In this document: positions 45,540-56,982 of the stretch, piece after piece
Layout of the letters: the number at the start of each line of letters is the position of its first letter
Numbering within the stretch: position 1 is the first letter of the stretch
From: a bacterium
GTDB taxonomy: Bacteria; Patescibacteriota; Saccharimonadia; UBA4664
Reading direction: 5' to 3'
Assembly (NCBI GenBank): GCA_016699105.1
Contig: CP064960.1
Location: 683,696 to 747,695, forward strand
Length of the DNA: 64,000 bases
Translations under genes and position numbers: made by a program
Notes under the pieces: generated by a model
What the model saw: only the letters and a program-made list of their open reading frames with translations
Told to the model about the DNA's origin: nothing
The model's database searches: none

Positions 45540-47902
45540 ATGTACCGTCACATCAGATTCTTCAAGGATGTCTCTCTCACCGATATTCCGCAAGTCGGAG
45601 GTAAAACGCATCGCTTGGTGAAATGGTGAAACATTTAGCGCCTAAAGGTGTGAAGTTACCAAATGGTATTGCCACCACGGCTGACGCCTACCGCTATTTC
45701 CTGAAAGCATCCGGAGTTGATGCCAAAATCAAGCAACTGCTCGAGGGATTAGACGTCAAAGATGTCACTGATCTGGGTAAACGGGGCGCCAAAATTCGAT
45801 CGGCCATCATGAACTCGAATCTACCTGAAGATTTCGAAGCCGAAATTCGCCAGGGCTACCAGGAGCTGGGTAAAATGTGTGGTCACGAAGACCTGGTGGT
45901 GGCTGTACGATCATCAGCCACAGCTGAAGATTTACCCAATGCGTCATTTGCTGGTCAGCAAGAAACATTTTTGAATATTTCTGGTGAGCATGAGGTGTTA
46001 CACGCGACCAAAGCGTGTATCGCTTCTCTTTTTACTGACCGGGCGATCGTCTATCGAGTGGAAAATGGTTTCGATCATATGAAAGTGGCGCTGTCGGTTG
46101 GCATTCAGCAAATGGTAGCAGTACGGTCTAAAGCGGCTGGCGTGATGTTTACCATCGATACCGAATCTGGTTTCAAGGACGTGGTAGTAGTTACAAGTAT
46201 TTATGGATTAGGTGAAAATATCGTTCAGGGCCGGGTTAGCCCCGACGAATACACTATTTTCAAGCCGACGATGGCTATTCTCAAAAAACGTCTCGGTGCG
46301 AAGCAAGAACGAATGGTGCCGGTATTAGGCTCCAAGACGAAAAACCTACCTGTGCCAAAAGCCTTGCAAGACAAATATGCAATCACCGATGAGCAAGTTA
46401 AAACGTTGGCGACTTGGGGGGTGCAGATCGAACAGCACTATGGCCATCCCATGGACATCGAATGGGCTTTGGACGAAGATGACGACCAATTGTATATCGT
46501 GCAAGCTCGAGGCGAGACTGTGCAATCCCGCAAAAATGTTCATGTAATCGAAGAGTATCAGTTGCAAGGCAAAGGTAATGTGCTCGTCAAAGGTACCAGT
46601 GTTGGCAATAAGATCGGGGCCGGTAAAGCCAGCAAAATCATGAATCTCAAAGACATTGCCTCCTTCCGGCCTGGTGATGTCCTGGTGACCGAAATGACCG
46701 ATCCTGACTGGGTGCCGATTATGAAGATGGCAGCGGCTATCGTAACTGATAAAGGTGGCCGCACCTGTCACGCGGCTATAGTATCGCGTGAACTTGGTAT
46801 TCCCTGCGTCGTCGGTGCCGGTGATGCTTCGACAAAAATCGTCGATAAAGCACCTATTACTGTAAGCTGTGCGGAAGGTGACGAGGGCTATGTGTACGCG
46901 GGCAAGCTGGAATTCAAAGTCAAGCGCACCGATGTAACCAACCTCGAGCGACCCAAAACCAAGATCATGATGAATATTGGATCGCCCGACCATGCTTTCG
47001 CCTATTCTCAGATTCCCAATGATGGCGTGGGGCTCGCCCGCGAAGAGTTTATCATCGATTCGCATATCAAAATCCACCCCCTGGCTTTGCTCCGTTTTGG
47101 AGAAGTTACCGATAAAGCGGTGCGTGCACAAATCAACGAGCTCACGGCTGGATATCGCGATAAATCGCAGTACTTCATCGACAAGTTGTGCGAAGGCATT
47201 AGTATTATCGGAGCAGCCTTTTATCCCAAGGATGTTATCATCCGGTTTAGTGATTTTCGAACCAATGAATACGCCGGTTTGATTGGCGGCAAACAATTCG
47301 AGCCCGAAGAGCGTAATCCGATGATTGGCTGGCGTGGTGCTTCCCGGTATTACTCCCCACAATACCGTGACGCTTTTGCCTTGGAGTGCAAAGCTTTCAA
47401 GAAAGCTCGGGACGAACACGGTCTCACCAACATCAAGGCGATGATTCCGTTTTGCCGTAGTTTGGATGAAGCACACAAAGTACTCGACATCATGGCGGAT
47501 AATGGTCTCAAACGCGGTGAAAATGGCTTCCAAGCCTACTGTATGGTCGAAATACCGGCTAACGTGATTTTGGCAGAGCAATTTGCCGAGCTGTTCGACG
47601 GCTTCTCGATCGGTTCGAATGACCTTACTCAGTTGACGCTGGGTGTCGACCGCGACAATCACACGGTAGCTCATGTCTACGACGAGAATAATCTGGCAGT
47701 CAAATCGTTGATCGATCATGTTATCAAAATTGCCAAAGCCAAAGGTGTAAAAATCGGTTTGTGCGGTCAGGCGCCCTCAGATTATCCTGAATTTGCCCGC
47801 TTCTTGGTTGAATGTGGCATCGATAGTATATCGCTGGTTCCCGATACCATCATCAAAACGACGATTGACGTCAAGAAAACTGAAGTCAAACTCGGTCGCT
47901 AA
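45540..47902 (+). CDS. ppsA: Phosphoenolpyruvate synthase (pyruvate, water dikinase), N-terminal 1-nt deletion in an A-run near 45606
   Basis: ATG 45540 encodes MYRHIRFFKDVSLTDIPQVGGK-. Restoring one A (aaaa to aaaaa) gives [36 protein letters not shown], which is contiguous with ORF 45623..47902. Phospho-His domain (GGRTCHAAIVSRELGIPCVVG) and PEP-utilising C-terminal domain are present. Confidence 0.8.
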
Positions 47903-47914
47903 GAAAGTGCCAGT

Positions 47915-49006
47915 GTGATACTAACTCATCAGCGTCGTCTCCTCCGTACCCGATTACAGCCATGGCGATTGGTGGCATTGGCTGTTGTTGGTATCTGCGC
48001 CAGCGCTGGCATAATTATTGTGCTTCTAGCGAGGGCGGCTGGGCCGCCAGCTGCCTTTGAGGCCGAATCGGGGACAGCATCGGGTTCTGCGACGGTACGG
48101 TCGGTAGTTGGCTCCTCGGGTGGATCAGTGGCGACATTTGGTAATGTCGGTGAACCAGATATAACCGTCGCCATTGCTGGTGACATCCAAAACCAACCGC
48201 CGATCTTAGATATGGACTGCAAACTTCAGATTTAATCGCCCAGACGATTATACCCGATTATGTGTTGGCGCTGGGTGATCTGCAATATGATTCAGGAACC
48301 TCCAGTGAATTTGCCACCTATTACTCTAAATCTTGGGGCGGGCGGCTATCAAAATTTGACGTACCCGACTCCGGGCAATCACGAATATAATTCGAATAAC
48401 GCAGCGCCATACTATTCCTACTTTGCAGCAGTGAATAATCAGATCAATGGCAAGCCCGTATCAGGGCCGGCTCAGTTGGGCTACTATGCCTTTGACGTTG
48501 GTACTAATTGGCGGTTTTATAGTATGAACTCCGAGGCCAATACTACCGAGCAAACTGCATGGTTGGTAGCAGATATGGCAGCACATCCGAAAACTTGCAG
48601 CCTGTTATTCACTCATCGACCATATTGGGATTTCAGTACAGAGCACGATGGCGAGGCTGCCAGTACCCTGCCCTGGTTGAAGGCGTTTTATGATAATGGC
48701 GGTGAGCTGGTCTTTACTGGCCATGAACACAATTATCAACGGTTTGTACCAGTCAATCCGCACACGAACCAATCGGACACGGCGCGCGGGTTACGATCGT
48801 TCGTGGTGGGTACAGGTGGAACGACCAATTTGTATAATACGTTTGGATCGACTGTAAACAATGCCCAAAATTTGGTTGCCGTGTCGAATGGGACGACCTG
48901 GGGTGTTCTGAAGCTTACGCTAAAACCCGGTAATACATATGATTGGTTATTTATGCCGGTGAACGGCGCTAGTTTTACTGATTCAGGTAGTGGTACCTGT
49001 CATTGA
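47915..49006 (+). CDS. Calcineurin-like metallophosphoesterase (purple-acid-phosphatase-like), frameshifted near 48230
   Basis: ORF 47915..48235 has a TM anchor and ITVAIAGDIQ (GD motif). ORF 48260..49006 has PTPGNHEY (GNHE), FTGHEHNYQRF (GHxH) and VVGTGG. Confidence 0.6.
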
Positions 49007-49473
49007 GTCGATAATTCGAGTGAATTGAAGATGGCGACAATTTCTGCGTTTAAGAGAGTGTCGTAGTTTTGCTGTTCGCCGGTGCAGGCCATTAGCGTGC
49101 TGACGGGCCCATTTAAATAAAATATTTGTTCAGAGAGTTGGCGGCTACGGCTTCCGGCTTCAGTTTTCGTGGTGGTGACAGTGGCCGACATAGCGTTACA
49201 ACCACGTCCACTGATAGTTAGTACCGACTGTTTGCTTCCAGGAGAAGCTGCAACTTTGATTTCAAATTTGGACTCTGCTTGGGTGTCGATACTATATCTC
49301 CATAGGCTACCGGCAATTGATCGCTGAATCCGGCCGGTTGGAGATGAGCTGGGTGTTGGCGATGGGTTCATACTTACGTCCGATCGCATCGATTGAATTA
49401 GCATGAGACTAGCGCCGCCAATACCAATGACTATGACGACGATGAGTGTGAGCAAAAAAGTTTTGAGTTTCAT
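49000..49473 (-). CDS. Secreted/lipoprotein-like hypothetical protein (possible META/HslJ-like domain)
   Basis: Signal anchor LLTLIVVIVIGIGGASLM. LTISGRGCNAMSATV resembles the META-domain GGCN motif. Weak. Confidence 0.4.
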   Translation of the reverse strand: MKLKTFLLTLIVVIVIGIGGASLMLIQSMRSDVSMNPSPTPSSSPTGRIQRSIAGSLWRYSIDTQAESKFEIKVAASPGSKQSVLTISGRGCNAMSATVTTTKTEAGSRSRQLSEQIFYLNGPVSTLMACTGEQQNYDTLLNAEIVAIFNSLELSTQ

Positions 49474-49520
49474 GATGTGTTTAGCATAACTGCTTTTATC
49501 CTAAATGAGGAGGTTTATTG

Positions 49521-50888
49521 TTACTGGCTCTGGATTTGGTTTCGGTGACTGGGATTTGAGATGAATTGGCGAATAATTTTGTAGGTGTCGAGATCAAAGG
49601 CCGGGAACGACTGGGTTTGGTCATCGGTGAGGCACCAATTATTGATAGTAAGCTGGCCGTGATGACCATTGGCATGATTGACTTCCGTGACGACAATTGG
49701 CCCAGGATACGGCCACGAATGTAGGCGTTGATGTTCAAAGGCGGCTTCGAAGCGGGAGTTGTATTCGGCGGGTGACTCTATGCCCAAACAGGCACCATGG
49801 CATTTGTGAAGTTGATACTGAAAACAGGCTGCGGTGGCTTTTTCGAGCCCCATCAGTTTGGGGCACAACAAAAAATTGCGAGCAGTCGTGTGCAAGCTTC
49901 GACGAGCGGCACCCGTAGTGGCGTAAACTGCCATGACATCACCGGTTTGGTTTGGATCAATAACCGAGTTATCTAAACTCAAGCGCCAATAGCCTTGATC
50001 ATCGCGGAGGCGGATAGCCCGGGTGACGGTTTGTCGGCGGCGTAATTGCCGATTGTAAAGTGGTTGGAGTTCTTTGACGAGCTGCGACTCTAAGAGTAAG
50101 GCGCTGAGTTCGCCAGCTGTCGGAATCGTGCGAATGTGCCGGATTTGTTGCGAGATTTTAAGCTCAACGGTCGATGAATGATAATCGGCAAAATGCGAGA
50201 TTACCCGGGCGCGAATATTGATACTTTTACCGACATAAAGCGGTTGCTTGTACTCATCTTCGAAAATATAGACACCGGGACCGCTTGGCAATTTAGCTGT
50301 GATCTTGGCATTGAGATTACTTGGAAGTGACGGGTGTTTGAGCTGTCGTTTGATAACATTTTCAATGGTATCAAGGTCAAATTCACTGTGGACGATTTGA
50401 TAAAATTGCCAGATGGCGTCGGCGTCAGCTAGCGCTCGGTGACGATCTGGCGTGATAATGCCGTGCCGCTCGATGATGGTTTGGAGATTATGGCGGCGGT
50501 ATTGAGGATACAACGCCCGCGATAACCTGACCGTACAGAGCAAAGCTGGATTAAATGTAGCCCCCAGCCGGTCAAATTCCATCTTCAAGAATCCATGATC
50601 AAAATGGACATTGTGAGCAATGAAGATGGCGTCTTCTAATATTTCAGCCAATTCTGGGGCAATGCTAGCAAATTGGGGAGCTGTACTGATATCGGCGGTG
50701 GTGATACCGGTCAGCTGGGTTATGCTAGCGGGCACTGCAGTAGCGGGATTGACGAGCGACTGAAACGTGCGTACAACCCTCCCCTCTTCGACGCGAATAG
50801 CTCCCACTTCAAGTACCCGGCTATTGGCAGGGTGGCCACCGGTCGTCTCGATATCTACAAATACCAACGGTTGCTTCATACTGCTCAT
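49521..50888 (-). CDS. DnaQ-like DEDDh 3'-5' exonuclease fused to a GIY-YIG/UvrC-like nuclease domain (Cho/Rv2191-like)
   Basis: Exo motifs VFVDIETTG, IAHNVHFDHGFL and HRALADA. GIY-YIG motif GPGVYIFEDEYKQPLYVGKSINIRARV. UvrC-like Cys cluster C-x-C in the C-terminal half. Confidence 0.7.
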   Translation of the reverse strand: MSSMKQPLVFVDIETTGGHPANSRVLEVGAIRVEEGRVVRTFQSLVNPATAVPASITQLTGITTADISTAPQFASIAPELAEILEDAIFIAHNVHFDHGFLKMEFDRLGATFNPALLCTVRLSRALYPQYRRHNLQTIIERHGIITPDRHRALADADAIWQFYQIVHSEFDLDTIENVIKRQLKHPSLPSNLNAKITAKLPSGPGVYIFEDEYKQPLYVGKSINIRARVISHFADYHSSTVELKISQQIRHIRTIPTAGELSALLLESQLVKELQPLYNRQLRRRQTVTRAIRLRDDQGYWRLSLDNSVIDPNQTGDVMAVYATTGAARRSLHTTARNFLLCPKLMGLEKATAACFQYQLHKCHGACLGIESPAEYNSRFEAAFEHQRLHSWPYPGPIVVTEVNHANGHHGQLTINNWCLTDDQTQSFPAFDLDTYKIIRQFISNPSHRNQIQSQ

Positions 50889-50933
50889 GATAGCAGTACG
50901 GCATTTTGTACGGCAAGTGGTTGTCGAAACTAG

Positions 50934-52397
50934 TTAGCGGCGGCGCATCGCACTATTGAGGCATTGCTGCATGAGTTTTTCGGTGGGAGCAAAGTCGTCA
51001 GTGAGTCGGGTGCCATTGCTCAAATCAGGTTCAATCACGCCATTCACATTGGCTGTCCAATCGAGTGCTTGGCGACTGTAGATGCCGATAAAGTTTTGGT
51101 AGATTTGGGGATCAGGATGGCTCGATGGCAAATATTTACTATGCCTGAGGGCGCTGGTGTATGACTGATGAATGGCAGCCAAATATGGCCGGCATGTCTT
51201 GGTGTTACCGATGACATTGACCAATACATTGCCAGATGGCTTGACGATACGGCTAAGCTCGGCGGCATATTCCACAGTAGTGAGACTAAACGGCACTGAG
51301 TAATCGCTATAAACGTCCACGATGACGATGTCATATTGTTCAGGGTTGGCTTGAGCGACAAAGCGGCGGGCGTCGGTACCAAAACTACGGACATTTGGAA
51401 GCGCTTCGTAGTCGAGATATTTGGTGGCAATCTGTTCGAGCTTTGGGTCAATTTCGACCACATCTACGGTCGATGATGAGTAGAGACGACCGAGATATTC
51501 GGGTAGCGTATAGCCACCACCGCCCAAGATCAAAATATGCTGATGACTAGGTGCAGCCGCTGTGACTCGTGCGAGATTCTTGGTGTAGGTAAATAACAAG
51601 TCATCAGGTGAATCTTTCGACACTCCTGATTGTAGCCCGTATGGTCCCATCAGAATACCCCGGGAGAGAATGCCATGGTAATTGATATCGCGAATGTCAT
51701 AGTGAGGCGTACTGGTATCAAGCTGCACGACAATGTCGGCGTTGGCGTTTTGGGGTAAATACATTCCAAGCAATATGATAATACCGACGGTGGCCGCTAC
51801 CCGGCGGATCCAATCTTGTTTGGGTACCAGTAACCAACTAAGCGCAATTACCAATATGGTTAGTACGATCAGGGTAGTTCTGGAACCGACAAAGTCGAAT
51901 AAGACGAAGCCAGTAGCAAAAGTGCCGGTGATGCCGCCGAGTGAATTGAGAGCGCCTAAGGTGGCCACGGTACTACCGGAATTGTCGAGTGACTTGAGGG
52001 CTTGTTTGACGAGATATGGACTGATCATGCCGAGGACCAGGCTGGTGGGGGCAAATAACAGCAGAGCGGCCACCACGCCCTGGAGCCGGGGGTCGCCGAT
52101 GTTTCGGGTCACAAGTTCCAGTATGAGAGCAGTAAGGGCTAAGGTGACCGTGATAGCCAATCCAGAGAGTAACAGGAGCCAGGCGATATCACTGGTATGG
52201 TGCCGGGCGTCGGCGAGGCGTCCTCCCAGCCAATAACCCAAAGCCAGTGCGGCAATCATAGTGCCGATGACACTGGTCCAGACATACATTGACGTGCCCA
52301 GACTGGGTGCCAACAAGCGGGCGGCCACCAATTCGAACGCCATCAGGGTGAATCCAGCACCGAAACTGATGATACTAAATTTAGCCAGTTTACTCAC
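50934..52397 (-). CDS. Fused membrane domain plus spermidine/spermine synthase-like (PABS) protein
   Basis: N-terminal ~200 aa with about 7 TM helices. C-terminus HILILGGGGYTLPEYL ... VDVVEIDPKL ... DIVIVDVYSD is the PABS aminopropyltransferase fold. Confidence 0.7.
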   Translation of the reverse strand: MSKLAKFSIISFGAGFTLMAFELVAARLLAPSLGTSMYVWTSVIGTMIAALALGYWLGGRLADARHHTSDIAWLLLLSGLAITVTLALTALILELVTRNIGDPRLQGVVAALLLFAPTSLVLGMISPYLVKQALKSLDNSGSTVATLGALNSLGGITGTFATGFVLFDFVGSRTTLIVLTILVIALSWLLVPKQDWIRRVAATVGIIILLGMYLPQNANADIVVQLDTSTPHYDIRDINYHGILSRGILMGPYGLQSGVSKDSPDDLLFTYTKNLARVTAAAPSHQHILILGGGGYTLPEYLGRLYSSSTVDVVEIDPKLEQIATKYLDYEALPNVRSFGTDARRFVAQANPEQYDIVIVDVYSDYSVPFSLTTVEYAAELSRIVKPSGNVLVNVIGNTKTCRPYLAAIHQSYTSALRHSKYLPSSHPDPQIYQNFIGIYSRQALDWTANVNGVIEPDLSNGTRLTDDFAPTEKLMQQCLNSAMRRR

Positions 52398-54328
52398 TGC
52401 GCATATCGTTTATGGGGTTACGGCGGACATTTGCTAGGAGTGGAATAAGAGCGCCAAAGAGGGCTGTTAGCAATACAAGTCCAAAAATGAGCAATAAATC
52501 GGTTGCACTCCAGCCGATAAGATGGAATTGCTTATTGAGATCGGCTGTATTGAGGGCAGTGGCGGCTTCGACACTCAGGGTGGCGGTCGTCTTGATATCA
52601 ATCGTGAGGGCGACGATTGCACCCACCACCATAGCAAACCCAAAACTTAGTACCCCCAGCATTAACGCATACACAAGATAGATCTGGCCAATGTGGAGAC
52701 GAGTGGCACCTAATGCTCGGAAGACACTTGTCTCTTTGCGTGAATCGGCGATGACTTTACCGATTGTGCCCATAGTGATCAGAGCGGATAAGCCAGCAAT
52801 AATGCTGAGCAACCAGATAAACACATTTTGGGTAGCAGAGCGAGCTTCATAGAGTACGGCTAAGGGATTACCATATGGCATCACAGTATAGTCTGTCGGT
52901 CGATCACAGCGATCGTTGTTTTCAAATTTGCAGCCTTCATTCGTAATAAACTCTTTCTGATGCTCTCTATCGGCAAATTCAACGATGCGCATGGTACCCC
53001 CATAACGTCGAGGCTGTCTTGAATATCCATTTTGCCAAAAATCGGATGCTGGCTGATAGCACTGGTTGGAACGATCCAGCTCGAAACTTGAGTGCTCGTC
53101 AAAATCGATTGCACCAGTGCGCTGATACTGAAGCCACTTGCAAACGCATTTGGTACAGTCATGAGACCGACAATTCGGAATTTGATCAGACTCGTTTGAG
53201 CTGGCTCACGGCCAAATTGACTGTCGAATTCAGCAGTTTTGGCGGCTATTAATTTTGTCTGCGCATCCCTGGCATCGCGGGTAACTGTTACCGGTAAGCA
53301 GGGATCTTTGGGAATCTGATAGACAACTTCGGGCAAAACATATCCCGGCTCATTGGCATGAGCGGCAATATCTTTAGCCTGTGCAGTGGCTTCGGCGAAT
53401 CGATTTTGGGCGGCAGGGTTACGATAGCATCCTTGAAACGAATAATTCATGGCTTTTGTACGCAATTGCTTGAGGTGATCCAATTGATCTCGAGACGAGG
53501 CGGTCGCCGATAGTGCCGAAAGTCCTACCAGCTTTTCGGCAGCTGTCGTGGTGACGACAATCGGTATGACATTGTCGTCTGTACTCATATTGGCACCAGG
53601 TAAGATGAGATCAGATATCATGTTGTCGTTTAGCCCAGTAATCTGCCCGCCAATGTTTTGCATGACATCATTCCCAGAATATGATTTCATCTCAATTTCT
53701 TCGCTCGGGAGGATTTCGGTGTTACCGACAATGGCATTGAGACTGATAGGCTCGATTGGTCCAGATAACGGGTGCGTTTCAAATGTATTAATTGCTCCGT
53801 GACGACTGGCGGCTTCGCTGACTGCTCGCGGATAGGCTTGAGTGTCAGTCAATTCCTTGATGGCTTGAATACTGGCTGGATGGGACGGGTTGAGCATTTT
53901 CTTGGTTTTGCCAGAAGTATCTTTAAACCCTTCCGCTAGGGCAAAAGGTTTATCCTCAGTTTCACTGGCGTACGGTATACCCATCTTTTTGGCTGCCGCT
54001 TTTTTTTTGGCGATAGTTTCTTCATATATAGTGGTTGCTCGTGCGAGGATTTTGTAGTTTCAGCTGAGTCTGGTTGGCTGGGGTCTTGGTAGTACGACAT
54101 CGAGTAATGACTCGTCATGACATAGAAACGCTTAAAAACACCCTCGTTGGTATAGGAAGTAATACTGTTAACGAGTCCCCGCACGGTCAGAGACGCAATA
54201 ATTAATACGCTAAACAATAGACCAGACATTATGAGCGTAATTGATAATCTGACGCGTCGGGTACGCAATTTTGTGGATGCCAGAATCAGGTTGTCTTTGA
54301 ATGACATCATGACATTACTCCCCATCAT
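52390..54328 (-). CDS. MacB/FtsX-type ABC transporter permease, in three frame-shifted pieces
   Basis: 53936..54328 has the N-terminal TM1 (RLSITLIMSGLLFSVLIIASL). 52881..53984 has the large periplasmic domain. 52390..52992 has the C-terminal FtsX TM bundle (SVFRALGATRLHIGQIYLVYALMLGV...). Confidence 0.65.
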
Positions 54329-55136
54329 GCATCGTTATGACTCGATCAGCACTGGACGCTATTTTGGCATCGTGAGTCACGATGATGACGGTGGTGCCAA
54401 AGTGGTCGCGCACGTGATGAAACAAGTCGATAATAGCGCTGGCATTGGCCGAATCGAGATTGCCGGTTGGTTCATCGGCCAGTAAAATGCGCGGTTGATT
54501 GACGAGGGCCCGGGCAATGGCGGCCCGTTGCATTTGGCCACCTGATAATTCATTGGGTAGATGCTGGAGACGGTCAGAAAGACCGACGGCTTCGGCTAAA
54601 GTCTTGAGTTGACTGCTTCTTTGGGCGGCCGGCATGTGGCGAAACATGGCTGGTACTTCGAGGTTGCGACTGACATTGAGAAAGGGTTGCAAATAAAAGA
54701 ACTGGAATACAAAACCGACTGTTTGACCGCGATAGCGAGATAAGGCGCTGTCGGACAGTTTGGTGAGATCATGACCGGCGACGGTGATCGTGCCCGTATC
54801 AGGCTTGTCGAGTCCGCCAATGAGATTGAGCAAGGTACTTTTGCCGGAACCACTGGCGCCGGTAATGGCGACGAATTCATGCTCTGCCATCGTCAGGCTG
54901 ACATTGGTGACAGCACTAATTTGCTGCGATTTACTCATTTTGTAGCGGCGAGAAATGTCGCGCAGTTCGATAATGGCTGGACCGGTCGGCTGATGTCGCG
55001 ATGGCTGACGGGCAGTTGGGCGGACAAAATTGACCTGGTCATTGATGGCTTTGATCAGCTGGTGTTCGTCACCGTCAAAAGCAGCTAAGGCACTGTCTAA
55101 CGCGGTTTGTTGGTCCGACGACAAATTAGCTGGCAT
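54315..55136 (-). CDS. ABC transporter ATP-binding protein (MacB/LolD-like)
   Basis: Walker A GASGSGKST, Q-loop, signature LSGGQMQRAAIARAL, Walker B ILLADEPTGNLD, H-loop VTHD. Confidence 0.85.
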   Translation of the reverse strand: MPANLSSDQQTALDSALAAFDGDEHQLIKAINDQVNFVRPTARQPSRHQPTGPAIIELRDISRRYKMSKSQQISAVTNVSLTMAEHEFVAITGASGSGKSTLLNLIGGLDKPDTGTITVAGHDLTKLSDSALSRYRGQTVGFVFQFFYLQPFLNVSRNLEVPAMFRHMPAAQRSSQLKTLAEAVGLSDRLQHLPNELSGGQMQRAAIARALVNQPRILLADEPTGNLDSANASAIIDLFHHVRDHFGTTVIIVTHDAKIASSADRVITMHDGE

Positions 55137-55157
55137 ATGCGTATTCTAGCATAAGCG

Positions 55158-56045
55158 CTACCAGTCTGTATCGTCGGCAGCCTTAAGCGCAGAATTAAGC
55201 GCCATCACGAGGTGTTGGTTCGTAAGTTGGTTTTGGCTTGTTAGCGTATCAGCCATTTGACTAATGATATAAGCAGCTGTAGTGAGACCAATTAAGGGAT
55301 TTGTTGCATGTTGGATCCACCATGTACTGAGAATGGCAGACAGTGCGACCGGAGCGTTGACCAATATTGGTTGAACTGGCGTGACCGTATGGCCTTCGTC
55401 GGTAGCAATGATTAGCTGGGGTCCGATCAGGGCCACGCTTACTGGTAGTTCCAGCCTGAGAGCGGACACCAATCGAAGCTTATGGGTGAGCATATTCTGG
55501 TGTGGTGCCAACCCGATACCCAATTTTCCGGCCAGTCGTGTAGCTTCAGTTTGGTTCAATATGAGTAAATTGCGCGGATTAGCCGCCAGTATTTGCGGAT
55601 TTTGGCGTAAGGCAATTAAACCGTCACCAAACAAGGCAATCGGTCGATTTGATAGCTTTAGGAGGTGTTCCAGAGCAATGGTGGTATCGGAATTGGCCGA
55701 CAGATCCCAGCCAAATGCCAAACCGTCGGCATCTTCAGACGATTGGATAATTGACTGTATAGCGGCTTGCGCGATAGAGCCGGCTGGCGTGGCTGGTACA
55801 AAGCTGACACCTGGTGCAAAGCCAACCAATCGTTGGAGACTGTCGGGCAATATGAGCTCGCAACTGCCGAGGCCAGCGGCTTCGGCCAAGCTCGACCAAC
55901 CGGCAGCATTGGCGAAGGACTGTTTGTGTCCGCCAATGGTCACGAGCCGGCCACCAGCCCGGCTCAGGCGAGTCAATGGTCGGTTGTACAACGCCTGTGG
56001 GTATAGCGGCTGGTTGGTTTGAAATTGGTGGGTAAATTGAGCCAT
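55158..56045 (-). CDS. Possible YjeF-C / carbohydrate-kinase-fold protein (NAD(P)H-hydrate dehydratase-like), weak
   Basis: Gly-rich LVTIGGHKQSFANAAGWSSLAEAAGLGSCELILP and ALFGDGL resemble the YjeF C-terminal pattern. No definitive motif. Confidence 0.35.
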   Translation of the reverse strand: MAQFTHQFQTNQPLYPQALYNRPLTRLSRAGGRLVTIGGHKQSFANAAGWSSLAEAAGLGSCELILPDSLQRLVGFAPGVSFVPATPAGSIAQAAIQSIIQSSEDADGLAFGWDLSANSDTTIALEHLLKLSNRPIALFGDGLIALRQNPQILAANPRNLLILNQTEATRLAGKLGIGLAPHQNMLTHKLRLVSALRLELPVSVALIGPQLIIATDEGHTVTPVQPILVNAPVALSAILSTWWIQHATNPLIGLTTAAYIISQMADTLTSQNQLTNQHLVMALNSALKAADDTDW

Positions 56046-56050
56046 AACGG

Positions 56051-56982
56051 GTGTATCATACCATTATGCAGCGAACACCTATGGTAGAAGTATCAAATTT
56101 GCAGGTTAATTTTGGTCAAACGCCAGTGGTGCGCGACTTATCCTTTCGGGTAGAGCGCGGTCAGACTATGGCTTTTTTGGGTGCCAATGGCTCTGGTAAA
56201 ACCACGACTATTCGCGCTTTGCTGGGAATTATAGAGCCGAATGCAGGTTCGTTATTGATCGATGGTCAGCCCTACCGATCTGACCGCAGCGGTATGTTGG
56301 GGTATTTGCCCGAGGAACGGGGCTTGTATAAAAAGAGTCGGTGCTGGCAACAATGCAATATTTTGGACAGCTCAAAGGTTTGTCGGCGTCTGCAGCTCGG
56401 GAGTGGTCTACTACCTATTTGGCTCAAGTCGAAATGAGCGACTTAGCTAAACGCCGGGTCGAAACGTTGTCGGGTGGTCAACAGCAAAAGATTCAGCTCG
56501 GCGTGACTTTGATTGGCAACCCATCCCTGCTCATTTTGGATGAACCGACCAAGGGGTTTGATCCCGTCAACCGCAAGCTATTACTCGATATGGTTGCCAC
56601 CCATGCCAAAGCTGGAGCCACGGTGATATTGGTCACTCATCAAATGGAAGAAGTGGAGCGGTTATGCGACAGTGTCTTGTTGCTCAAAGACGGTCGCAAT
56701 TATATATCAGGTGATATCGATGAGGTTAGACGAAAATTTGGTGAGCCGATAATTGATCTCGAATTTCAAGGTCAGTTGGTAGAACAGGCCAAATCCTATC
56801 GGATTAAACGTCGATCTGGACGCCAAGCGGAGCTTGAATTGACGGCTCATGCGGATACGGCTGCAGTGTGGCGGGAGTTAGCAGCACAGCCCAAGCTCGT
56901 AGTAACGCGCTTTGAACAGCGCATGTCACGTATTGATGATATTTTCTTACGTATATACCAACACGATCAGGAGACCTCATGA
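56051..56982 (+). CDS. ABC transporter ATP-binding protein (ABC-2 exporter type), frameshifted near 56340
   Basis: Walker A GANGSGKTT in ORF 56051..56437. Signature LSGGQQQKIQLGVTL, Walker B LLILDEPT and H-loop LVTHQ in ORF 56341..56982, which is in a different frame. Confidence 0.75.

Noticed and set aside
46346-47719. 457-aa minus-strand ORF
   Set aside because: It is antisense inside ppsA, a highly conserved gene with clear motifs on the plus strand. Long antisense ORFs are common at about 50% GC.
55381-56022. 213-aa plus-strand ORF
   Set aside because: It is antisense within the YjeF-like gene, Ala/Arg-rich and low complexity.
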